From: Candidatus Magasanikiibacteriota bacterium
Lineage (GTDB): Bacteria; Patescibacteriota; Patescibacteriia; Magasanikbacterales; UBA922
DNA: 64,000 nt
Direction of reading: 5' to 3'
Assembly: GCA_016193335.1 (NCBI GenBank)
Contig: JACPSK010000001.1
Location: forward strand, 22,716-86,715
The notes beneath the pieces are model-generated. The model saw only the letters and a list, made by a program, of their open reading frames with translations. It did no database searches and was not told the origin of the DNA. Below are positions 18,976 to 29,055 of the stretch, piece by piece (positions within the stretch are counted from its first letter, which is position 1; the number at the start of each line of letters is the position of its first letter). Made by a program: the position numbers and the translations under genes.

Positions 18976-19008
18976 ATTATAACAAAAAAAAGATTAAAAA
19001 AAGATTAA
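18976..19008 (-). promoter_or_regulatory. Putative OmpR/PhoB-type box and -10 element upstream of the regulator
   Basis: TTAATCT-N4-TTAATCT (11-bp period) 9 bp upstream of TATAAT. Confidence 0.5.
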
Positions 19009-19035
19009 TTTAGAGTCAAACTCCCAATTCCGATC

Positions 19036-19788
19036 TTATTCGATGAGGAGAAGGAACAACATGGCGATTACACCGAGTATAAAACCAAAAACCTGAGCTA
19101 TTGACTTTCTGATGTGCAATTCCTTGTGAAGTTCAGGTATCAAGTCCGAACCTGCCACATATATGAAAATCCCGGCTGACACAGCCAAAAAATATACTGA
19201 AAACGCCTCTACATAGCTGATAAACAAAAGCGCGAAAACAGCCCCAAGCATCGAGCCGAGAGCCACGATAAAATTGGCGAAAAGCGCTTTTTTTCTTGAA
19301 AATCCGCTATGTAAAAGCACGCCAAAGTCGCTTATTTCTTGGGGAATTTCATGGGCAAAAACAGCCAAAGTGGTAGCAATACCCACAGGCAAACTTACAA
19401 TGTAACTCGTGGCGATTATTAGACCATCCAAAAAATTGTGTACCAGATCGCCAATCAAATTGGTGATAGCCAAAGGATGAGTGTGCCCCTCTTCCCCTGA
19501 GGGGATATGACAATGATGCCAGTGAACGACTTTTTCAACTACAAACATAATCGTAATACCCGCAATGATGGAAAGAGACACAGCCAAACTAAAATCATGC
19601 TCTTCGAGAATTTCGGGCAACAAATGTATAAAAGTGTCGCCTATCAGAGCTCCCGCGGCCAGGCTTACCAGAAAAAAAATAATATATTTCAGCCGTTCCA
19701 AACTGAAAGATAAAAAAATAATGCCTACCAATGAAATAAGGCTCACCGCGAGTACGCTCAAAAGCGTATAAGTCCAGATTATAAGCAT
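19036..19788 (-). CDS. ZIP family metal transporter
   Basis: HLLPE, HWHHCH loop, HNFLDG, HEIPQE and DLIPELH motifs. Confidence 0.93.
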   Translation of the reverse strand: MLIIWTYTLLSVLAVSLISLVGIIFLSFSLERLKYIIFFLVSLAAGALIGDTFIHLLPEILEEHDFSLAVSLSIIAGITIMFVVEKVVHWHHCHIPSGEEGHTHPLAITNLIGDLVHNFLDGLIIATSYIVSLPVGIATTLAVFAHEIPQEISDFGVLLHSGFSRKKALFANFIVALGSMLGAVFALLFISYVEAFSVYFLAVSAGIFIYVAGSDLIPELHKELHIRKSIAQVFGFILGVIAMLFLLLIE

Positions 19789-19905
19789 ACAGAATTATAT
19801 GTTTAATGTATCATTTTCGACTTCAGCAATCAATACCCTAAATGTCTACTCTTGACTCTATCCACAATTCCACTAATTCCTTGCTCCAACTTAAAAATTA
19901 AATCT

Positions 19906-19928
19906 AAAAAAGGCCCTAAGCCTTTTTT
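19906..19928. terminator. Bidirectional terminator-like hairpin downstream of typA
   Basis: AAAAAAGGC-CCTAA-GCCTTTTTT; a second hairpin lies at about 19941-19972. Confidence 0.5.
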
Positions 19929-19982
19929 GTTTATCTTTTGAGCCCATCTCAAAAATAATTTTGAGATGGCTCTAATTACTCT

Positions 19983-21767
19983 TTACTTCCTGCCTGCCCT
20001 TTTTCTATCATTTTCCGTGAGAAGCTGTTTGCGGATACGGATACTTTTGGGCGTTATTTCCAAATATTCGTCTTCAGCTATCATTTCGAGTCCCCTCTCG
20101 AGAGTTACTTTTACCGGAGGCGTAAGGTTAAGAGCCTCGTCTGTGCCGCTAGCCCGCATATTGGTGAGTTGTTTGCCTTTGATAGGGTTTACAGTCATAT
20201 CGTCCCCGTTGGACACGTTTCCCACCACCATGCCCTCATAAACTTCTATATTCGGACCAATATACATGGCTCCTCTGTTTTGCAAATTGGCAAGCGAATA
20301 ACCGAGAGCCTTGCCCGTGACCATGGAAATCATGGAGCCTACCGAACGTTTTTCTATCACACCAACATGGGGGCGGAAACCAATCGTACGACTTGCCATG
20401 ATTCCCTCTCCTCGAGTGTCCATAATAAATTGGTTCCGATATCCCAAGAGGCCTCGAGATGGAATTTCAAAAATCATGCGGACATGCCCGTCTTTGCTCT
20501 CCATATGCGTCATGTTTCCTTTGCGTTTTCCAAAACGCTCGATAACCACGCCCGAAGACTCATCCGGCGTGTCTATAATCACCTCTTCAAAAGGTTCCTG
20601 TTTCACTCCGTTTATTTCTTTTATAATGGCTTGCGGCTGGCTCACCTGGAGTTCAAAACCTTCTCTGGCCATTTGCTCGAGCAAAATCGCCAAATGCAAT
20701 TCCCCTCTTCCATATACCTTGAAACGATCCAATTCTGAAAAATCTATGTCCAAGCCGACATTGATCTCCAATTCTTTCTCCAAACGTTCACGAATCTGTC
20801 TGCTGGTGACAAATTTTCCCTCTTTTCCAGCGAAAGGAGAATTGTTTACAAAAAATTCCATTCCGATAGTCGGTTCATCCACATGAATGGCAGGCAATGA
20901 TTGCTGATCCTCACGTTTACAAATTGTTTCTCCAATGTCTATATCCGGTATTCCGGCGAGCATCACAATGTCTCCGGCTTCGGCCGTTTTTACCTCTATC
21001 GTTTCAAAACCTTTGAATTGCTGTAATTTTGTAATAGAACCTTTTCTGCTTTCCCCATTGGGTTTCTTTATAATCACCGATTCGCCCACAGACACACTGC
21101 CTTCATAAATTCTTCCTACGGCAAGACGGCCCACAAAATCATCATAACCCAAATTAAAGGGTTGCATGCGAAAGGGAGCTTCTGTGTCATGAGGAGCTTG
21201 GGGCACATGGGCCAAAATCATATCCAAAATCGGATTCATATTTTCCGATTTGTCTTCAAGCTTTGCTTTGGCTATACCTTGTTTTGCTATCGCGTAGCAA
21301 ATAGGAAAATTGAGCTGGTCATCGTTAGCTCCAAGATCCATAAAAAGCTCAAGCAGCTCTTCATGAACAATATCAGGCCTGGCCGCGGGTTTATCTATTT
21401 TATTGAGCACCACCAAAGGTTTAAGCCCCAATTCCAAAGACTTCTTAAGCACGAATTTTGTTTGCGGCATGGGACCTTCCTGGGCGTCCACTACGAGAAT
21501 AACCGCGTCTATAGAGCGCAAAACACGCTCCACCTCTGAACCAAAATCAGCATGTCCGGGAGTATCCACGATATTGATTTTGACGTCTTTATAAAATAAA
21601 GTGGTATTCTTGGCGTATATGGTAATGCCCCGTTCCTTTTCGAGCGCGTTGGAATCCATGCTTTTTGTCTCATCGTCTACCATGCCCGTCTGTCGTAAAA
21701 GCGCGTCCGTAATGGTGGTCTTGCCGTGGTCTACATGAGCGATGATAGCAATATTTCGTATGTCCAT
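19983..21767 (-). CDS. typA: Translational GTPase TypA/BipA
   Basis: [38 protein letters not shown] and [10 protein letters not shown] motifs. Confidence 0.98.
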   Translation of the reverse strand: MDIRNIAIIAHVDHGKTTITDALLRQTGMVDDETKSMDSNALEKERGITIYAKNTTLFYKDVKINIVDTPGHADFGSEVERVLRSIDAVILVVDAQEGPMPQTKFVLKKSLELGLKPLVVLNKIDKPAARPDIVHEELLELFMDLGANDDQLNFPICYAIAKQGIAKAKLEDKSENMNPILDMILAHVPQAPHDTEAPFRMQPFNLGYDDFVGRLAVGRIYEGSVSVGESVIIKKPNGESRKGSITKLQQFKGFETIEVKTAEAGDIVMLAGIPDIDIGETICKREDQQSLPAIHVDEPTIGMEFFVNNSPFAGKEGKFVTSRQIRERLEKELEINVGLDIDFSELDRFKVYGRGELHLAILLEQMAREGFELQVSQPQAIIKEINGVKQEPFEEVIIDTPDESSGVVIERFGKRKGNMTHMESKDGHVRMIFEIPSRGLLGYRNQFIMDTRGEGIMASRTIGFRPHVGVIEKRSVGSMISMVTGKALGYSLANLQNRGAMYIGPNIEVYEGMVVGNVSNGDDMTVNPIKGKQLTNMRASGTDEALNLTPPVKVTLERGLEMIAEDEYLEITPKSIRIRKQLLTENDRKRAGRK

Positions 21768-21824
21768 AAGTTAAAAAATCTCCCGCAGGAGAAATGTCTT
21801 TCACAAAGAGGATACCAGATAACA

Positions 21825-21856
21825 ACTTTGCTGTCAAATGACTTTGCTGTCAAATG
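21825..21856. repeat. Perfect 16-bp tandem duplication
   Basis: ACTTTGCTGTCAAATG x2. Confidence 0.85.
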
Positions 21857-21884
21857 ATTGAACAAAGAATGAACCAAGGGTAGA

Positions 21885-22048
21885 AAATTTTTACTTTATA
21901 ATTTATAATTTCTAAACAATTTCTATTCTCTTAATTTTTAATGACTGAGTCTACGGGGTATTTTTCGGATAGCGGCATTTCGTTTAGATCATTAAAAATG
22001 GTGTCATTAGAAATTGTTTAGAAATTATAAATTATAAAGTAAAAATTT
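21885..22048. repeat. AT-rich element with 41-bp perfect terminal inverted repeats (MITE-like), copy 1
   Basis: 21885-21925 is the exact reverse complement of 22008-22048; core is homologous to 37715-37782. Confidence 0.75.
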
Positions 22049-22082
22049 GACAAAGCAATTTCTTCTCTCTATGCTTGCCTCT

Positions 22083-22616
22083 ATGCAAACAATCATATTA
22101 ACCATCCTTTTCCTTATACCACCTGCCTACCTCGTCTATCTTGTGGCGGTTTACGCGCGAACAAAAGTCCCCTATGTTCGTACTTCGCGGGCTCGTCTGC
22201 CGCTCATTATGAAAGAAATGAATATAGGTCCTGAAACCGTAATATACGATTTGGGCTGCGGCAAAGGCGATGTGCTTTTTGCGGCAGAAAAATTTCATCC
22301 AAAAAAATTAGTCGGTTTTGAGCTGTCGCCTCTTCACGCGTGGTATGGAAAAATAAAGGCTTGGCTATGCCGATCTAAGGTGCGCATTCATTGCCGTGAC
22401 TTTTTTGTGGCTGATATCAGCGAAGCGGATATTATTTATCTTTTTTTGGTACAGTCGGCAATAAATAAAGTCTGGCCAAAATTAAAAAAAGAAGCGAAGC
22501 CGGGGACCAAACTATTGGTCTTGTCCAGCAAGATCCCAGAGCTTACAGGACGCCGCGTGGTGACGATGAAGAATGGTTCAGCTGTTCCTGGCGGTATATA
22601 TGTGTATACGGTTTGA
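22083..22616 (+). CDS. Membrane-anchored class I SAM methyltransferase
   Basis: N-terminal TM, VPYVRT, YDLGCGKG and DIIYLFL; promoter TTGACA-17-TATGCT (22047-22075) favours a leaderless ATG at 22083. Confidence 0.85.
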   Translation: MQTIILTILFLIPPAYLVYLVAVYARTKVPYVRTSRARLPLIMKEMNIGPETVIYDLGCGKGDVLFAAEKFHPKKLVGFELSPLHAWYGKIKAWLCRSKVRIHCRDFFVADISEADIIYLFLVQSAINKVWPKLKKEAKPGTKLLVLSSKIPELTGRRVVTMKNGSAVPGGIYVYTV

Positions 22617-22667
22617 GTTGACAAGGCTACAATCACCAAAAAACAAACGAAGAATTCGGACTTTCTG

Positions 22668-25600
22668 TCACTTGATTAAAAAATCAAACATTGGTTTTTT
22701 GTCAGAAGACAAGCCCTTATACGTAAAAATATATTTTCTACGATTTTTGGCTTCATACACTATATTTTTATCTTTGCTCCACTGATCAGACACAGGCATA
22801 TTCATATTCTTATTTGTTTTTATTTTAACTAATCCTGTTTGGGAATTAAACTTATACATATCTATTAAAAAAACAATAGATCCATTTTCATAAAGAGCTT
22901 TTTGTCCGGCACAAATTTTATTCAAACCGATTTTCATTTTTAATGTCTCGGCGCAGTCAGCAACAGTGGGTTGTATTATATTGAATTCAAAATCAGCAAT
23001 TGTCCCCTTGCTACCCTTGTATATAAACGTATATATGTTTCCATCTCCCAACATATACTTCGCCGGTTTTCCGAGCGCCCATTCAGCACTCGCTGGCAAT
23101 CCGTCCAATTCAGATTCCATCTTATCCACCAGCATAATTTGAGAATCAAAATGATCTACAAACATCAAAAGTCTTTGATCCCCGTCTATATATTCGAGTT
23201 GCTGCTGAGGACACAATGTATTCGCACCTTTTTTTAAAACGAGATATTTGGCGCAAAAATTCCCGTCTTCATCGAATGACTCATCTTCCGGTATCGTTAT
23301 GATCCTGTCTATTTTATTGATAAGGTACGTTTTTTTAGAGCCACTCGGCCAATACACAAAAAGCTCTTTTATATCCGATGCTGTTTTTTTGCCCAATCCA
23401 AAATGCGCGATTCTTGGATCCTGCCCTCCAGATTGACGCGTTAAGAGTATTTGGTCGCTCGCCACTTGTCCATCAACAAAGCGCAGCTCCACGCGTGCTC
23501 CGATCGCGTCTCTATTGCTTTCGGCACCACGAAGACTAATTTGTAGCCAATGATGAGCTCCTCCTTTTTCATACAAAGAATTTTTATACAATTTATGATA
23601 CCACTTGGCCGTAGGTATATGCACGTCCAAATCGCCGTCACGATCATAATCTACCCAGACTGCGTTTGCGTCCCATGAATCATACTGATTGAATGTGCCT
23701 TGAACGCCCTCCAGCGCGGCGCGCTCTTCATAATCCTTGTGATTGCCCAGATCTCTAAATAGTCTATTGTATCCTTGCTTTGAATAGGTGAAAAAAATAT
23801 CAGGATTGCCGTCGTTATCATAATCTGTCCAGGTAATCGGACCCGCGCCCAGATGTGTTTCTGTCTTGGGAATGTAAGGACTCTGCATTTCAAAAAAAAT
23901 TTCGCCATTATAAGGCTGCATCGTGTTATTCACCAATATAGTATCAGTGGCAAAATCTTTCTCTAGGGTGGGCAATCGATCTTGGAGATAAATATCTATG
24001 TCTCCATCATTATCATAATCTTTAAAAGCAATATCGAGGTGATGAATACCTCCAGAACTTCCGGACACCTCAATCTTTTTTACGAACGAAAAAGATGAAC
24101 CGGACTGATTTTTAAATAAAAAGATACCATTCTTCTCCTCAGCGCTAGAAAAAGAACTTGACCCGAGTATGTCCAAAAAACCATCGTTGTCATAATCCAA
24201 AAAATATAGTCTATCCATCGTATGTGACAATCCCCCTACTAAGGTGTCTTCTTCAAAAATCCAAGGCTCTTTCTGGAAAAAAACTTTAATAGCAAAATAC
24301 GGAGGAACACCACCATAGATACCTGAGTCAACTATATCCAACAAGCCATTTTTATCTATATCAGCGATAGAAAAACTACTATAGCTATTAACATCCTCGT
24401 CAATGATTTTTTTGGAAAAATATCCTAACCCATTATTTTCCAGTATGAGCAACTGCTGATTTTTGGGAGTATCCACGATAGATAGATTGGCCACATCAGC
24501 AATAATATCCTGGTCTCCATCATTATCCATATCTGCCGTATGTACTCGTCTAACAATAAAATTTTCGTTAAAAATCGCGGCCTTTAATCCATTATAATCA
24601 GGCGGAATGTTGAAAAAACCCTTAGTATTAAAGGCAATAAAATACTGCATGGGGTCTTGGTCATGCTCTCCCACAAGTTCATCAATCCATTCATCCCCAT
24701 TCAACTGCGCCCAAATAACACCCCTGGCGTATCCAATCTTAAAAGGATTAATTATTGTATGGTTCTGTTCAATTCCCGCCTGTGCCGCGACATCTACGAA
24801 ATTACTGTCATTACCGGTCCCTACCACCTCTATGGGTGCCGCGGGGTTCTCCGCGTTGCTGAGAAAGCTGATGTTCCCTGATTCCACTGCTGCCTGTGTC
24901 GGAACAAATGAAAGCAACAAAGTAGTCTCGCCATATGCCGGTACGGAGAAAGGAAAATTTGTTTTTGACACGAAATGTGGATTATTGCTTTCCAATCCAG
25001 TAACAATCAAGGATTCACTCCCATGATTATACACTTCAACCTCATATGTTTGTTCAGACCCTATGGCAGAAAAAAAATCAATGTGATCCGGCGCATAAGA
25101 AATAAATGATGAAGGATTATCCAGGATTATACTCTCCATATCGAGCAGAGAATCAGCCCCGACACTGAATTCAATCGTTTTGTCGGCATGCCCTTTTTTA
25201 GAGAATTGCAATGAATAAGTCCCCGCAGGCAAGGCAAACTCGTATTGACCGTATTTATCCGTGTACAGCTCATACGACAAATTATTGAGCACAAGAGAGA
25301 TCCGGACAAATGGAACTCCCTTACCCACTGCGTTTTTGACGGTGCCATATACGGTCGCGTGGTTAAGCGCCAAATCTATGGCAGAAATAATATCTACAAT
25401 CCCGGCACCGGCATCCATATCTTTTCCATTATCAAATCCGACATTGACAGATGTAAATTGAAGAATCGATTTTATTTTTCCAGGGGAAAGATATGCCGTA
25501 TTTTTTTCAAAATAAGCTTGCTGGATAAGGGCAATCGCTCCTGTTACCATGGGAGCCGACATGGAAGTTCCGGAAAGTTCCTTATAGATGGCGCTTTCAA

Positions 25601-26948
25601 AACCTTCGTTGGGTTTATAATTTATGTATCCACCTTTTGGCACAGAAGACAATATGTTTGTTCCAGGTGCTGAAACATCTGGTTTTATATACTCTTCTCC
25701 CAAATAAACCGCAGGCCCTTTAGAACTTCCTGGATTGATTTCTCCATCTTCATCTGAATTGCCAACCAATAATAAAGGTGGGTATCTGTGTAGCCCTTTT
25801 ATAGAACCCGGTCCAGCGCCACCGGAATTTCCGGCCGAGAAAACCACGCTTATTCCCATATCCTCCAAAGCGTCAATCCAGTATGTCAATCCAGCAGTTA
25901 AACTGTTGATCCAAGAATTATTTACTACGATCGGATAATCATCGGTAGTAATATCATTATCCGGATTTGCCACCCACTCCAATGATGCGGGAGCGAAACC
26001 GCTTCGGGCAAACACATACGTTGAAGAAGGCGCCACGCCAATATATTTGTTCTCATCGACATTGGATTCTCCCTCTTTTGCCTCTCCTCCCAACACGATA
26101 CCGGCCACATGAGTACCATGAGAATTTGCGCTATAGGTAGGGGTTGAAATTTTATATCCGTCGAAAAACGCTAATTCTCCGGTGCCCGGACCGCTTTGTA
26201 TAGTATCCATTTTCCCTAGCAAAGCAGGGTGTTCCGCGTATATATCAGAATCAACAATGCCCACTCGAATCCCTTTTCCTGTGTATCCCTTTTCCCAAGC
26301 TTCAGGCGCTTTTATTGTTTCAGGGCCGTAAAAAGCCTTCGCGGCTGATTGGCTTTCTGCAAGGCCATCTGTTGCCTCGTCCGCCACTTCCTCGGCGTGC
26401 TCTATAATCGGGTACAGATCAATTATTTTAATGTCAGAGTTCGCGTTGAGACTAATAATCGTTTGAAATGAAATTTTGCCAGAAAATCCGCTTACCAGCG
26501 TGTACCAATGAAGATCGGTGATGTCGCCGTTTTGCTGTGCGCGGGCTATCAGGTTCTTGATTGAGTTTGTATCAGTATCTCTATCCAATTTTGCGGCCAC
26601 GTTTTGTTTGCGGCGGATAACTTCGCGATAATTACCCTGTACTCCTCGGGTGTCCGCCTGTTCTTCTAGGATGACCAACACATTATATGTTTGTTCTGGG
26701 GCACCTTCTAAAATTTGTTTTCTTAACTCAGGCGTAAGTTTTTCCAATGCATAAAGTGCGCTTTCATCTTCATACAAAATAAGTTCCTCATTCTCATCAG
26801 ATAAGTCTCTTCTTCCTTCTCTGTCATCTTGAGCAGGTGAGATACGCGAAAAACTTGCCACAGCGGCCAGCATGCTTATTCCCAAAAACATGCCAGCAAG
26901 CGCCAATTTCAAGTGAGTAGTTGTTTTTATGAGTTGTTTAGTCTCCAT
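22668..26948 (-). CDS. Large extracellular S8 subtilase with carboxypeptidase-regulatory/Ig-like, FG-GAP and ASPIC/UnbV-type domains
   Basis: Signal anchor; triad motifs IVDSD, HGTHVAG, GTSMSAP; several DxDxDGxxD repeats; SNRDAIGARV...HFGLG...WPSG. Confidence 0.88.
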   Translation of the reverse strand: METKQLIKTTTHLKLALAGMFLGISMLAAVASFSRISPAQDDREGRRDLSDENEELILYEDESALYALEKLTPELRKQILEGAPEQTYNVLVILEEQADTRGVQGNYREVIRRKQNVAAKLDRDTDTNSIKNLIARAQQNGDITDLHWYTLVSGFSGKISFQTIISLNANSDIKIIDLYPIIEHAEEVADEATDGLAESQSAAKAFYGPETIKAPEAWEKGYTGKGIRVGIVDSDIYAEHPALLGKMDTIQSGPGTGELAFFDGYKISTPTYSANSHGTHVAGIVLGGEAKEGESNVDENKYIGVAPSSTYVFARSGFAPASLEWVANPDNDITTDDYPIVVNNSWINSLTAGLTYWIDALEDMGISVVFSAGNSGGAGPGSIKGLHRYPPLLLVGNSDEDGEINPGSSKGPAVYLGEEYIKPDVSAPGTNILSSVPKGGYINYKPNEGFESAIYKELSGTSMSAPMVTGAIALIQQAYFEKNTAYLSPGKIKSILQFTSVNVGFDNGKDMDAGAGIVDIISAIDLALNHATVYGTVKNAVGKGVPFVRISLVLNNLSYELYTDKYGQYEFALPAGTYSLQFSKKGHADKTIEFSVGADSLLDMESIILDNPSSFISYAPDHIDFFSAIGSEQTYEVEVYNHGSESLIVTGLESNNPHFVSKTNFPFSVPAYGETTLLLSFVPTQAAVESGNISFLSNAENPAAPIEVVGTGNDSNFVDVAAQAGIEQNHTIINPFKIGYARGVIWAQLNGDEWIDELVGEHDQDPMQYFIAFNTKGFFNIPPDYNGLKAAIFNENFIVRRVHTADMDNDGDQDIIADVANLSIVDTPKNQQLLILENNGLGYFSKKIIDEDVNSYSSFSIADIDKNGLLDIVDSGIYGGVPPYFAIKVFFQKEPWIFEEDTLVGGLSHTMDRLYFLDYDNDGFLDILGSSSFSSAEEKNGIFLFKNQSGSSFSFVKKIEVSGSSGGIHHLDIAFKDYDNDGDIDIYLQDRLPTLEKDFATDTILVNNTMQPYNGEIFFEMQSPYIPKTETHLGAGPITWTDYDNDGNPDIFFTYSKQGYNRLFRDLGNHKDYEERAALEGVQGTFNQYDSWDANAVWVDYDRDGDLDVHIPTAKWYHKLYKNSLYEKGGAHHWLQISLRGAESNRDAIGARVELRFVDGQVASDQILLTRQSGGQDPRIAHFGLGKKTASDIKELFVYWPSGSKKTYLINKIDRIITIPEDESFDEDGNFCAKYLVLKKGANTLCPQQQLEYIDGDQRLLMFVDHFDSQIMLVDKMESELDGLPASAEWALGKPAKYMLGDGNIYTFIYKGSKGTIADFEFNIIQPTVADCAETLKMKIGLNKICAGQKALYENGSIVFLIDMYKFNSQTGLVKIKTNKNMNMPVSDQWSKDKNIVYEAKNRRKYIFTYKGLSSDKKPMFDFLIK

Positions 26949-27042
26949 AAACTATGTAAAAACTTAATGCGCGTAGTATACACCAATACCGAACTCATTA
27001 CGAACGTATATTAGAATATACCAGCGTGATCTGAGGATCCAT

Positions 27043-28080
27043 CTATAAACCACCCTTAAATTCACCAACAATGGCTTCAAGCATGTCGTGAAAACTGATA
27101 ATGCCAACAACTTTGCTTGATGTTTTCTCAGTTATAAGCACAATGCTGATTGATGATCTTTTCAAGCGTTCAATAGCCACCAGCGAAGGTACGTCGGCAT
27201 CAATGCGCATAACCGGCTGTACCAATGATTTTAAATTCATATGTACCAACCCACTATCAAACAAATGGGTCAAAACATCTTTAGTTTCAATCGCTCCGAT
27301 GTTACGGTCGATATGTCCATCGCAAACCGGAAAAACTGACCTATCGCTGCCGGTTATTTTTTCTTTGATGACAGATAGCGTATCGTTTATATCCAACCAA
27401 ACCACTTCTTTGCCGGGTGTCATAAAATCCTTAATCGGCCTATTTCCCAAATGGAATATACTTTCTACCATTTTTTGTTCGGCCCTTTCAAACACACCGC
27501 TTTCTGCTCCTTCGGCAATCAATAATTTGATTTCCTCTTCGGTAACAATCTGTTCAGAAGCAGGCTTAATATGAAGCAGCTTAAGAAAAAAAGAAGTTGA
27601 CGCGCTCAAGAGTTTAACTGCCGGCGTGGTAATTTTCATTATCATTTTAACGGGACCGGCAACTCTTAGAGATAATTTCTCCGGATTGGAAAGAGCGATT
27701 TGTTTCGGAACCAACTCACCGACGACCAAAGAAAGAAATGTTATGGTAACAACGACAATCGCTACGCTTATCGGTTCACTGTAAGCCGAGATCATTGAAA
27801 ATTTCGCTAGCCATTGTTCCATGTGTTCGGCAACAGTGGCTCCGCCAAAAGCACCGGCGAATATCCCTATCATAGTAATGCCTATTTGAATTGTGGAAAG
27901 CATTTCCGGAGATTTGCGTGTTAAAAAGAGAGCGTCTTGAGCTTTTTTATTTCCCTGTTTGGAAAGATGCCTAAGACGACTTTTTTTGACGCTCAGCAAA
28001 GCTATTTCAGACAAGGAAAAATAACCATTGAGAATAACGAGAGCAATGATTAGAATTATTTCGATTAGTATAGTGGACAT
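27043..28080 (-). CDS. CNNM/CBS hemolysin-family (HlyC/CorC) membrane protein without the C-terminal CorC domain
   Basis: LNGYFSLSEIA, STIQIGIT, GELVPKQIA and a CBS pair; ends at EAIVGEF. Confidence 0.9.
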   Translation of the reverse strand: MSTILIEIILIIALVILNGYFSLSEIALLSVKKSRLRHLSKQGNKKAQDALFLTRKSPEMLSTIQIGITMIGIFAGAFGGATVAEHMEQWLAKFSMISAYSEPISVAIVVVTITFLSLVVGELVPKQIALSNPEKLSLRVAGPVKMIMKITTPAVKLLSASTSFFLKLLHIKPASEQIVTEEEIKLLIAEGAESGVFERAEQKMVESIFHLGNRPIKDFMTPGKEVVWLDINDTLSVIKEKITGSDRSVFPVCDGHIDRNIGAIETKDVLTHLFDSGLVHMNLKSLVQPVMRIDADVPSLVAIERLKRSSISIVLITEKTSSKVVGIISFHDMLEAIVGEFKGGL

Positions 28081-28231
28081 AAAAGACTTATTTTGTACCC
28101 GCCAATTCAGTGATTACCTTCATTTAAACATATTCTATTTTATTTTTAAAGATCCAGGTCCTGGCTCGCTTATCAATTTTTGAAAGAAAAATATGCCTTA
28201 TTTCAGGCATATTTTTCTTTCAAAAATTTCG

Positions 28232-28693
28232 CTCGGCGGGTGGGATTCGGACCCACGACCAATTGGTTACACCGTTCTTCCTGTTTCCAAGAAGGATGGA
28301 CTATATCATCACCCGCGCCGAAAACCTCCCGATACAATCGAGAAGAGCGCTAGGGTGCGAGGCACTTCCCCCGGCATAGGCCGGGGTACTCCCTTGCGGG
28401 ATAGTCTCTGAACCTTTATTAATGTCCGTCGGCTCCACAGGCTCGCCCTTTCAAGCTAACATTGATGGACTACCGACTCGCCTTTTGGCAAGACATTAAA
28501 ACTTGGCTGCTGATCACCCTCCCCTCCGCATCGGGTGGGGTTAGGGTTTCCAGTTCCGTATCTTATCACTAAAAGTGAAAAAGCACAGAATCCCGTTAAG
28601 AGCGGGACAATTCACCTCGTTTTCATCCCCGCATTTCTGCGAGGCGCTGCATTTTAGTCACAGCCAACTGCTCTACCACTGAGCTACCGCCGA
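28232..28693 (-). tRNA. tRNA-Asn(GTT) interrupted by a group I intron (exons 28693-28660 and 28269-28232)
   Basis: Spliced TCGGCGGTAGCTCAGTGGTAGAGCAGTTGGCTGT^TAACCAATTGGTCGTGGGTCCGAATCCCACCCGCCGAG folds as a cloverleaf; loop CTGTTAA; G73. Confidence 0.9.
28270..28659 (-). ncRNA. Group I intron, 390 nt, no ORF, inserted at tRNA position 35/36
   Basis: Exon-terminal U with P1 pairing (GCUGU/GCAGC); Q GATCAGCAG, R TCAGAGACTA, S GATATAGTCC; P7.1/P7.2-like hairpins; terminal G. Confidence 0.9.
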
Positions 28694-29055
28694 ATGTCTA
28701 TATCCGCCTATAACGCTTCTCCCTGAAGCGAAAATAGGCTTCCAAACCGAAATAAGTGTATCACAAAAAGGAAAAAAGGTCAAAAACATGTATCCTTCAT
28801 TTCGAAAATTTTTAACCTTGAACCGGATACCATTCCCAGGGTGTATCTTCCAACAAAGGCGCAGGCTAAAATAATCTTGCAAAACAAGGTAAACATGTTA
28901 TGCTTGCTGAATCTTGGGTTTCGATAAAATCTCTATTCCTGTCTCCCCTATCTGCCGATCAGCGAGCTGATGGAGAAATTGACTCAAAAATATTTTTTAC
29001 CTAAACAACAACATTTTTGTATTAAAAAAGACTCTCTTCTAAGCAGATTCAAACT

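Noticed and set aside
21825-22048. CRISPR array
   Set aside because: Repeats are tandem or inverted without unique spacers, and there are no cas genes in the window.
28193-28411. 72-aa ORF across the intron as a homing endonuclease
   Set aside because: It is antisense, overlaps the tRNA exon, and has no LAGLIDADG, HNH or GIY-YIG motif.
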